Positions 1 through 11,825 of a DNA stretch of 64,000 nt are shown piece by piece. The stretch spans positions 264,046-328,045 of the forward strand of contig JAAOMT010000519.1 in NCBI GenBank assembly GCA_016748015.1, given 5' to 3'. The notes under the pieces were generated by a model. The model made no database searches and was not told the DNA's origin. It saw only the letters and a list, made by a program, of their open reading frames with translations. This DNA is from Geosiphon pyriformis uo1. Its lineage: Eukaryota > Fungi > Glomeromycota. Positions within the stretch are counted from its first letter, which is position 1; each line of letters starts with the position of its first letter. A program made the translations under genes and the position numbers.

Positions 1-20
1 TTTGGCTTAACTCGGTTTAC

Positions 21-80
<60 letters not shown>
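21..80. repeat. (TAT)n microsatellite
   Basis: About 20 perfect TAT units. Confidence 0.95.
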
Positions 81-2668
81 CACCGTCAATATAAGTCTTT
101 GAACGGAATATTGACAATGTAACTTGCCGCTCAAAAAAATTCCTTCAGAAATGGGCTGAGCTGTAGAGCTGAACCATAAATACTTTATGTTTTTTATATT
201 TGGGTAAAAAAATATTTATTAATTAATTAATAATTAATTAATTAATTTTCAAGATCAATTTTGTTTAAACAATGGTAAAGAAAGTTAATAATTTTTTTCT
301 CTTCTAAAAACGATTAGCTAAATTCTGAATTAAAATAATATTATGGGTAAAAAAATTTATCAAAGGATATTTGTCATCATTTTGGATTGATGATCTTAGA
401 TTTATTTAGCTTCCCAAGTGGTTGAATGAAAATTTATGATTAATTTTCCAGTGAAAATATTTGCTTACTTAATTTTTGATAAATCAAAAAATTACAATAT
501 AAAGTTTTAGATTATTGTTATTCCCATAAAACATCAGAAAATTTTTTAGTTTTTTTTTTTTCCAGGCAGCTCGTTAATTAAAATAGATCAGCTGGGGGGT
601 TGATCAAACACATGAATTTACTAAGCTTTAAAAAAAAAAATTTGAATTGAAAATTTTTATTTTAAGAAGTTAATAGAAAATCCTTTATAAAAAAAAGTTT
701 CTCTATTCCAAAATAATTTTTTTTTCCAATGTTTTTCATAAAGAACACTCAGGAGTTTATATTAAAAAGAGAATTTCCCAAGAAATTAGTAAAAGGTAAA
801 TATAAAATATCAAAAAGATATACTTCTAAATCATGACTAAACAAAATTTCGATATCGATAGGAAATTTTTCATTTCGGCGATTAGCTCAAGGAAAATTAA
901 GTCTGAGAATAAACATAGATATTGAAGTGAACTACCCTCAAAATTGGACTTTTATTTCACGAATTTAGGATATGATGAGCAGGCTTTTAATTCAATTAAT
1001 TGCTTTTTTCCCAAGGGTCTAAGCCTAACTTAAGAGTTTTTTTGTGGAAGTAAACACAGAAAAAATCTATTATTTGTATTACGATCCTATTTTTAGGGAT
1101 TTACCTAATTATCTTGCATAAATAAAAAATGGGAAATTTAATATCGAATATGATTATAATAAAAACTAATCTTACCATTTATTGAGATTTTAATAATAAT
1201 TTTGACAAGATAATATTTATTTCTAGAAGTAACAATATCATAAAAAACATGCTTATATTCTTTTGTTTTGTAATTGAATCAATATCAATTTTTATTCGAT
1301 AAAAATGAACTTTTAAAAAACATTTTGTAACATAGTTTTTTATATGGATTAATTGTTCACCATAGTAAATTTCTTCATTAGTTAAGTCATTCATTCAAGA
1401 TATCTAGATTGTCGAAAATTATTTTGTGAATCTAACTCATATATAGAAAAAAATAGAAAGATGCTTATAAAAAAAAAATTATTATAAACAATTCATGAAT
1501 TTATTTCTTTTATTTCTTTGAGATTCATAAAAATTATATTAGAAAATAAGATTCATTCTAAAAAATCTATTTTAAAACTATTTATCATAGATAATGGAAT
1601 TCGAAATCATCTTTCTTTGTTCCCTATTTCAAGTAAGTCAATTTTATTTAAAAAAATAACTTAAATCTAATTAGCTAAAGTTATGCCATAAAAGTAAATT
1701 AATAAAAAATTTTAATAAAAACTATTATATTATATTATATTATAATCTAATCTTAAAAAAATTATCGGATTAAAAAAATGCCGAAAAAGAAGCCCAAATA
1801 TTTTCTAATCTCACATTCAGATTCAGTCGAAAAAACTTAAAAATGTTTTAGAGTAAAAAAAAATTATAGAATGCAAACATCTCCTTTTAAAACTATTTAA
1901 AATAGGTTTAAATCAATTAAATTTTTTTAGAAAAAATTATCATTTAATTCTTTGTGGTCCTTAAAAAGTTAATTTTGATTGTTTTAATTAAAAAAGCCAA
2001 TCATACAAAATTTCGTATTAAAAAAGAATTTTAATTAGACTAACTAATTTCAGTAAAATTTAAATGGAATTTTTTGCGACTTCAAAAATCATGTGGCTAA
2101 AAAATTTTTGAAAATATTCACCAAAAACTATTTGGAACTTATAATTATTTTTTATAATCATATCACAATTAAATATCAAACTGGTTTATAACTTATTAAT
2201 AATGTCATCTATAATTTATCACAGCTTGTTCAAAATTTTTTAGTCATCTAATCAAATTTTGAATATTATTATTACAAATAATTGTTGTTCTACTTTTAAA
2301 AAAAATTGAAAACAAACAAAAATAATATTAGTTATTTTTATTTATTGAGAATAAATTCAGGTTTAATAATTTTTAAAAAAAAATCTTCATTGATTTGAAA
2401 TAACAATTTAAATGTTAACATTTTCTGATTAGGTAGAAATTTTTTAATTATAGTTAAATACATATTTTTTGGTTTACAAATTCAAAAAAAAACCAGTTAT
2501 TATTGAAAAATTCAAATATATATATATATATATATATGTTCCTACAAAAATAATTGTTTAAAAATTACTTTTAGAAATTTAGAAATTGTTAATTAATTAA
2601 TAATCTATTTTATTAAAATGTTTACAATAATTTTTATAAAATTAATAGTTTAAAAATTTATAATTTTT

Positions 2669-2704
<36 letters not shown>

Positions 2705-4366
2705 AAAAAATAATATTTAACATATATCTTATTCATATTAATTACATTTTAATAAATCTTTTACAATTTACAATATATTTTTAACAACTACATAATTTAT
2801 TTGAATAAACATATTCAAATTTTATTTATATTCAAAAATCCAATTTTTTATTATAATTTAAAAAAGCTGTTAACTTGTTGAAATTCGCTGAATAACATTT
2901 AATTAAATGGTTACCATCTGATAAAGTTAAAGTTTATTTTCGCTCTGGATCTATGTCATATTTTAAGAAAAATCGGTACATATAAAAATGTAATTGGTAA
3001 TTTTTATGCAAACTTTTAGACTTAATACCCATTTTTTAAAAATTTCTGTCGTTAATTTTACAATGCAGGATATTCTATGTTGATTTTAAATGAGTTTCGC
3101 AAAATCTAAATATTTTTATTGTGAACTTTAATGGGATTGTTCTAGATATCAATAATTTTATTTTATTTTTGACTTTGTTTCGGATAAAAGCTGACTAAAT
3201 GCTATTTTTAAATGTCAATAAAATATTATTGTATTAGAATTTAGTAACTCAAGCGCTTTTATGTGTCTAATATTTAGAAAAAGCACAACAAAAGTTGTTT
3301 ACTCAAGTACTTTGAAATTTAACAAATCTGCAGCTTCTTTAACCCTCAATTCCAGAATGCCCTTTGATTTTATGTAGCCATTAATTGATGAAAATTACTT
3401 CTTTTTAAAGCTAAAATTGTTTTTCTTGTGAGTTTAGTTTGAAACTCAACTAAAAAAAATCCTAAATGACAATTTGACTTTTGTGTATATTATCAATTTA
3501 ACTTTTTTCTTGACAGGTTTTACTTTGTCTAAAATAGTCATCAATTCAAACTTTAAAGATTCAATATAAATTAATTGTGAAGGACAATATCTACATCCTT
3601 TATTGTTGTAAAATACTGTAAAGGTTTTTTGAAAAAGAAAATGTTTATACAAATATTTTCAATTTATCAAACAACAAGTAATAATTATACCATTTTTTGG
3701 AGAACAAGCTTTGAAAAATGCTTCCATTGTGGTCACATTCCTTTTATGTTTTACAATAGAATTAAGGAATTTGATGGCCACAAAAAGCAACGATATCTGT
3801 AATATTTGCAGGAAGTTGAATCGAATTATGGTCAATTTGAAAACCCAGATGTTCCAATATTCCTTTTTGTCAATTTCTGTGCACTATGAAATTCCCTACA
3901 CACTCATAGCAAGTTTACTAAAATAAATTTTTGATTAGATTACTTGAATCTCGCGTTGCAAAATCTCATCCTACTCTTTAAAATAATTTATTGAATAATA
4001 AAAATTTGTTGTTGTTGCTAAACAACAATTGGCCAGCACTTTAGCAAATTGCTGCCCTAATAATTACAATTTTTTCATCTTCACCAGTTTCTGAAAATTC
4101 AATAAATAAATAGCGCCCAAAAATCTGAAGAGTTGATAGCCGTCTACTGTTACCAAGTAATTCAAAAAGTTAAAAGACTAGCTAGAAATATTATTAAATC
4201 TGTTTTTTCAAGTCTGGTTCCAGATTTCTTACAGAATTTTTTGGGCAACAAAGTCACCAAAAGGTTTCAAACTAGAGCAAATTCTTTATAATTAAAAGAT
4301 AGACATACTCCAGCATATGTAATAATGCGATATCTACAAATTTCAAACATCACTACCTAGAATATT

Positions 4367-7300
4367 TCACTTCGCAGTAAAAGTCTCTCTTTGATCGAAT
4401 TCAATCGCACCTATGTGCTTCACTACTTCTTCAAACCAACGTTTTTCCTTATTCCAAGTTGAAATTGTTGTTGTTAATTTTGGTTCAGGTAATGTTATAT
4501 GAGAAACCCGTGGTAACCTTACACGATCACTCTCATCTTCGAATTGATCCCAACTTTGATTGTCAGCTATTTGGTCGCTATTGTTTATATCAACATCATC
4601 AAATTGTTTTTTGTTTTCAATTACAACCGTAACTTCCTCCACAACTTCTTGTTGAGCATAAACCATAAATTCGAAACCATTCGTCAGGGATTTTTCTTCA
4701 AAACTCGATATTGAATTCGATCGCACTCGTGGAACAAAAGATTGAATGTTATTAAGTGCCTTGAAAACAACTTCACCAAGTTCCTCCCCTAGTTTTTTAT
4801 GCCATGCTTGTTTCTCATCTGGTGAGTCCTGATAAACTACATCTTGATATGTCCGAAGCAATCGATATGGAATAAGGCACACGTTACCTGCTAGGATTTT
4901 TGGCAATTGATCATGTGATAAAACCGACGTAAATAATATGAGCTGAGCAGGTTTTTTCGACCTTCCATTTGTCTCACTTTCTGGAATGGTAATCTCCACC
5001 ACTTTTGGAAAAAGAATGGATTTAGCATAAAAATGTTGATCCCCGACCTGGGCTATCAATTTATTCAAAGCTTGTAGAAGTTCCCCGTTGAAATCGCTAA
5101 TACTTGGTTGTAAGGAAGCCATGTCTTGGATATCACTTTTTTTTAAGGTATCGGTAGAAAACGCATCATTAATTGAATTTAAACCCGAACTCATTGAGGT
5201 CCAACTTGTGGGCCGTGAACGGTATGATTCTAGTGGTGTCTTGGATCGTTTATTCTCTTTTAATATTTTTCGACTCAAACGACTACCAAGCTCTAAAAGT
5301 GTTGTACCCGATTTTCGGCTGATAAGCTGTTGCTCTGCTTTGTTCAAACTAGAAAAACTCGGCAATTGCGCAATAGGAATTTGGTGACGGGAATCTCTTA
5401 ATACTAAAACTTGAAGGCCTTCCACTTTTGGTTGTAAAACCAGCAATCCAGCATAAACACAACCTGATTGTAGCAATGGCTTCATTCCGTCGTTAACATA
5501 TGTTCTCATGGATTGCAGATAGTCTAACATCAGGTCACAAGAAACTCGAATATTTGCAGCCATGAGAGGTGCTACCAGTTGAGGTTCAACAAACCGATAT
5601 CCTAATCGTTGGAATTGTTCTGCAGCGTCAGAGTCATCTTTTATTTTTTGCACCAAAAATAACATTTGTCCTTTTCCTAGAAACTCGTCATTATACATAT
5701 GTCGATTTCTCACGGGGTATAAGCCCGTTTCATCACTTTGCCGTATATTTGAAGAAATTGAAGATAACGAAGAACCATTTTCCATATGTCCTGTGTTTAA
5801 GATGTTGTCAAATAAAACACCAGACTCCTCAAGGGGAATGCCCAAAGACTCGGCAAGCTTTTTTGCATTAACAATAAACATTTCACGAAATAGTGTTGTG
5901 TATGGGACCTTAAATGTGGCTGTAAAAGATTCTGGATTATCAAATGAATCCAAATGCTTTTCAATTGAGGGTAACCTAACAAAATTGGTAAATCAGCAAA
6001 GAAATATAACTATCATACTCATTTAGTACTGGAAGAAATTTGAGAAAATTACCATTGTTTAAGACTTTCCCATTCGTGTGTTAAACGGAAAAGCCATTGG
6101 AAAATTGGATGGTAAACAGTAAATTCATCATCCAAACTCTAAAAGAATGCAAAGAATAATATTATGATTAGTCTAACAAACATGGTTGAGCTGAGTAAAA
6201 CAAGTCAAAAACTTTACCTGTTGATAATATTCATTGGTAATTTTTCGAAAAGGAATAGTGCCTTCATGTGATACTAAAATCAAGCCCTCTGTATTATATA
6301 TCGCGATTCCTAGCACGACTTTTTGGGCGTGTCTTTTTGTTTTTAGATTAACAGCTCGGGCAACCACCGTTATTCCCAAAAGGATCGTTCCACAGACAAT
6401 CGACCCCATTAAAATAACTGATTGGACAAGGAGAATGAAAAAATTGCCAATAAGTAATACATCCAAGAAGGACTCGAAATACTTTTTGGCTAAACACTTA
6501 CAAGCAAGGATTAGATCATCGGATATAGTGTCGCTCGTATCTGGATCTTCTATTCGCCAATAATGAGTACCGGCAGATGCTGTAAAATGAGTTCCGGTTA
6601 TTCCGAACGCTAGGAGTAGTGCACACCCAAGACGCTATTATATAAAATGTAATGGTAAAATGAGTTTTTTTTTCCGCAGTGTCAAAAGTTTAGGTATTCC
6701 TGCTTCACCTTATACCAATCACTCTGCCACTGTGCTCTCAAGGCATAAAATATATAAAGTCCAGCATTGGAAAAAACTGCAGCAACAATTATGGCCGCAG
6801 CGAAAAAGAAAGGGTTATATTGGACGGTGTAGTTAATAATGGCAAATTGTGCACAAAAATGTAGGAGGCCTATGTATTTGAATCAAAAATAATTGTTCAA
6901 ATTATGATCAAATATGCATAAATGAAATTTATCAGATTTTTTGACCTACCGATACTCAGAGCTAGAACGCTACCACCAAGAAAAAGTCGTAAATGATTTA
7001 CTTTAGGTTGTGACCCAATCATGTAGAATGCCAGGGTTATTACTATTATCGGTAGGAATAAAGACAAAAGTATAAACCTGTAAAATTTTTGAAGGTCTTT
7101 GTAAATGAAATCCTTGATTCACATTAATTGCGTTTATTTCAATTAATCTATCACTTACAAAGGCTTATATTGTAATTGATCCTCTGGTCGTCCATCCCCA
7201 AGTGTCATAGCTTTCATGGCCGAGAAATGCATCGCCCAAATTCCAACAAATTCCATACTAAATCCTGCACCGAACAATTTCAGGAAATTCCATATCCCCA

Positions 7301-7430
7301 AATGCGAAGTTCGTCTACCTATAAGTTCAAGTGCTGTTATCGTCCCCAAAGCTGATAATGAATAGCACAGGCCCACCAATGCCAAGTTGGTATGTTGAGG
7401 GATTTCATCTTTTGTTTGAGTGGAAAACAT
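4367..7430 (-). CDS. MHYT-domain integral membrane sensor protein (fungal type), about 862 aa, 7 exons
   Basis: Exons 7430-7159, 7077-6950, 6869-6709, 6634-6502, 6417-6218, 6138-6053 and 5975-4367 join in frame over GT-AG introns (2589 nt). N-terminal multi-TM region has three MHYT-like motifs (GIWAMHFSAM, IGLLHFCAQ, ITGTHFTAS); the long soluble C-terminus (HPIFQWLFRLT, GKGQMLFLVQK, GYRFVEP) resembles fungal MHYT signalling proteins. Confidence 0.85.
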
Positions 7431-8735
7431 GATTGTTATACACACTATTAAGATTTTTTTAAAACTTTCTTTATATTTTAGATATTATTGAAGGTCTTTC
7501 GAAATTATATGTTTGAAGTTAAGGAGTAATTTTTGAGCTTGATTTGATTCTCATTCTAAATTAGGTGGCCTATAATTATGAGCAAAAAAAAAAAGAAGGA
7601 AAGCAAGAATATCCAAAAGAATAAACTTGACTTGATTCAAAAAAAAAAGCAGTAAACAACCTAACAAAAAAGTGGGTTATGTTTTTATAATGGTGGAATT
7701 AAATCAATGAAGTATTTTATATTAATACAGAAATTTCAATAAAACAGCAATTTTTGAAGTTACATAATTCTAAACAATTGATTAGTGTATCAAAAAAAAA
7801 AACTTGCGTCCGACCTCATCATTATCTGCATATTTAAAATTAAAGTTTGATACCGATTTTCAAAAAAATGTGTTCACTTTTTTTTTTTAAATCAATGAAT
7901 TAATTCGATCATTCTAAATTTGACTGTGATGCACCAAATAAACACAAGATTCTCTGTACTTATGGACTTACTTTATTTTTTAACACGAAACACCAACCTA
8001 GCCTAATCTCTAATAGATTATAAACAAATTATGCAATAGAATTCAGGTTTTGAAGCCCTTTATTGGGTATACAATTACTTTAATCTTTTTTGTTTCTAAT
8101 AGGTTCTCGGGAGTATAACTATAATGTTGTAAATTGTATAACAACCTGCAAACGCAATGATATGTTCCAACATTTAGAGACGATCATTTATAATCTATTT
8201 ACGAGTGTCATGAACATAAATATTGTGATTCTGAATTTATGGAAATATAAGTGTATAAAAAATCTTTTAAAAATGAATACATTAAGATGCTATGTCTATT
8301 CCGTAAAACACTTTTTTTGAATGACTTGTGTTCCCAAATCATGTGAGTTTGCAGAAAATTTTTTTAAAATCAAAGCTGGGCTGTGGAAACCAAAAAAACT
8401 TCCAACAATCCACAATTAATAGTAATTCCAGAAACTTCTAAGATACCCAAGATATTTGTGCTTTGGGTCACATATATTAAATTTAGTTGGGAGTTAAATT
8501 TTGTTGATAAAAGAAAAGATAAAGAAGCGAATATATTATGTAATAATAAATTTAGCTAATTTTTTAAAGTTTGAAAAAATTTAAAAGCTGTCCCAGAAAA
8601 CTTTCATAATTTAAAATAACTTCTTATCTGGATTAGTGAACTTTTGTAGATCAATTCAAGGTAAACTATTCGTAAGATTGCTTCATAGCTCATTGTGCTG
8701 GCTGCCAAAAGTAAATTGTTGGCTAAAGCTCTTTC

Positions 8736-8802
<67 letters not shown>
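8736..8802. repeat. (TAT)n microsatellite
   Basis: About 22 TAT units; source of the spurious poly-Ile ORF 8604..8903. Confidence 0.95.
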
Positions 8803-9952
8803 ATGGCAAAAAAAGATCCTCCATAATTTACACAATTCAACGATTGAAAATATTGGGTAATTTCCATGTTCGAAAAAGATTTGTAATTCTCATTTATTAA
8901 CACCTATTGTTTACTGCTAAATTCTAAGCATCCTTCTTTCTGACAATAGATTTTGACATTGGGCGCAACAAACCTTGAGCATTAAATATATTAAAAATAT
9001 GCTATCATAATGCATAGAAACCACTTTTACAAACATCACATTGCTAACGGGATTTCCAAAAAAGTGAATCTTGTTTGTTAATATTACATCATAATAATAT
9101 TTATAGAGTTGCAATTATGCTGATTGCAAGCAAATTGTTTGTGCCATATTCGAAGTCATAGTTTCACTCTTTTTGGGGCTTCAAGTTTATCAATAAATGA
9201 AAAAAGTTAAATTTCTTGGTTATACAATATCTGCAAAGTTATATTTTAGATTAAGCTGTGAAACTGTCATTCTGCAACATTAGCATCAAGTTTTTAATTC
9301 TATATTCATTTGATTTTGAGCTCAATAACCTTTACTAAAGTACTTGGATTTGGAAAAAAAACTTGAAAATTGATTTAATAACCAAATATCAAGGTGTCTA
9401 TTTTCAATCCAAATCGGTTTATCAAAATCATGAATTTCAGGAAAATAATAAAACACCTGTCAAATTTTTTCTAATTATTTTAATTCAATCAACAAAGCCC
9501 TGCTAGAAAGAGTATCAAATAATTGATTCAAGCTAAAAAAAAAAAATGATAAAAGATTCAGCTTACCTCGGAAATAATTCTACCTAATAAGTAAGTATTC
9601 TAAGGTCACAGCTGCAATGCAATTAACCATGGATTATACATTTAAATAAGATGTTTAAAAATTCTTTTCTTAAATCTTGACAGACCCCCGAACTTGAAAC
9701 AATTGATTAACGATATTTATGTTTCCTAATAAATTTTGTAATCATGTTTATATTATAATCTATTATTCCTATAAATCTTTGTTACTTTCCCACATTTAAA
9801 TGTTATTTATTGCCTAAAAATTCAGTTTATGAATTATCTGTCAAAATTCTTGTTAATATTGCGTGTTTCTGTAATGAAATAGCATTTTTTATTAAATTAA
9901 AAACTAATCTTTATAAACAAATAAGAATTTGAATTCTAAATATAGTTTTATT

Positions 9953-10183
9953 CAAAGGGTGGCCAAAAGTTACGAACAAATTTTGAGAGTGATGTTTCAC
10001 ATTGCGAGCACGAGTTAATATCTAAATTAGGCAAGTAAATCATTTATTTACGCGTTTTTTATTTTTTGAAAACGCGCATAAAACGTTTTTTTATGACGTG
10101 CCCATATTGAAAGTTAGATCTCAATCCTATTGAGAAAGCAGCAGGAGGAACAACTAAATATCAAATTCTTAATAAGAAATTTA

Positions 10184-10223
<40 letters not shown>

Positions 10224-10248
10224 TAAAATCTTTGTTGGCCAGCCTCTG
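9953..10248 (+). mobile_element. Internally deleted Tc1-like element (about 300 bp) containing an (AAT)n tract
   Basis: Imperfect TIRs CAAAGGGTGGCCAAAAG (9953) and TTGGCCAGCCTCTG followed by TA (ends 10248). Internal 10117-10134 encodes DLNPIE, the Tc1 catalytic-Glu motif. Confidence 0.6.
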
Positions 10249-11825
10249 TAATGTTATAATAGATAATATGGCAGAAATATATGTAATTATTGTTAAAAAT
10301 TGGTATATTGTTTAAAAACTAATTTGTCTGTTAATTATTTTAATTCTTTTGCTATTTCTTAACGAATTCTCTTTATATGTTTAAATATCTTTCAAGTAAT
10401 AAATTTTTAATTTAATATTTAAATGGCTTTTGTTGTTTTTGTATAATGCTGAAATATTACATAAATTTTGACAAAAGGGTAAACAGTTATATTAAAAAAA
10501 ATTTAATTTCTAATTATTATTGGTACCAAATCTTTGGTAATTTACTTGAATGAAAATTGTACAAATATTTTTCAAATAAAAACATATAAAACAATCAATT
10601 AATGAATTATAATTTTTTAATTATATGAAGAATTGAATCATATGTAAACTTAAAAAATACTTTATAATTTGTTAAAATATTAATTTTTTAGATTTAATTA
10701 TGTGTTTGTTATTAATAGTTTGTATAAATATTAGTTTTATTTTGTTTTCATTAATTACAATTTTTTGATTGCAAGTAAATTGAAAAGCTTAAAATTTAAT
10801 ATTTATTATAAAAAATTAATATTATTTTATAAATATTATAAATTCAATGTTTACATATTTAATTTTCAAGATTATTATATATAATAATATTTTAAAAAAA
10901 TTAGATTTAAAATTTAAATTATATATATATTTTTGAAAATATTCATAAATTAAATTAAATTATTTATATATTTTTTATTCTATATATATATATACATAAT
11001 TCTGGTTTCTTTAAAATTAATTAGCTTATTATTTTGTATTTATTTTTTTATTTTTATATTTATTGTACCTATTGTATTTAATTTTGATTTTAAAATTTTC
11101 ATTATTATATTGTGTAATAATTTTTCATAATTACCTAATTGTATTCTAATCACCTTTAAGTAATACATAAGCCACGTTTACTTAAAACTTTAAGATTTCT
11201 TATATGTAAATAGTAGAAAAACTATGTTCCGTAAGGCATTATTAAATTAAATGAGTTAAGCCACACTTACTTAAGATCTTTTAAACCCCAGTAGTATCAA
11301 ACAAAAATATTAATTAGTTAATCATATTCCAATAACCGTGCATGTGAGACAAATAATTACTCATGTCTTTTCCTTTATTGTTAAACTCTTATTTTGCTAA
11401 TTATAACACATTCATTAATTTATTATTTACAAATTAAGATTATTACTTTTATCTTATTGACCCCAACGAGAAAAATTTCCATATCATTTATGACATAAAC
11501 TTTTTTTCTCAACAATAAAACTTTAAATATCAAATCTTACTTTACATATGCACAGTCTAAAAGAACATTATTCACTGCCCTTTTATTGTTTTCAATAGGA
11601 GCGCTGGATTCACTTTAAAAATGTCTCATTTATTTTGGGTGCGATGCAAATGCTAAAATATGCTGCACGGATTATATTAAACGGATGCTATCATACAATT
11701 AGATTCCAGGCTGATCATATAAACAAGATAAAGGCATAAACCAAAATCTCGAAGATTCCACTAAATTTCTCGCTAATGTTCATACTCTGTATATAAAGGA
11801 AATAAAAGCAAAATGAGCAAACAGT

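Noticed and set aside
2093-2247. About 22-bp imperfect inverted repeat, possible MITE
   Set aside because: Almost all A/T, no clear target duplication; could be chance.
3100-4150. Possible Tc1 relic on the minus strand (WPSNS near 3765-3779)
   Set aside because: Only one short motif; no DLNPIE or TIR pair found.
5088-6563. Plus-strand ORFs 5088, 5569, 5793 and 6234
   Set aside because: Antisense shadows of the MHYT gene.
8604-8903. Poly-Ile ORF (likewise poly-Asn and poly-Met/Leu ORFs at 10130, 21513 and 21556)
   Set aside because: Produced by trinucleotide microsatellites.
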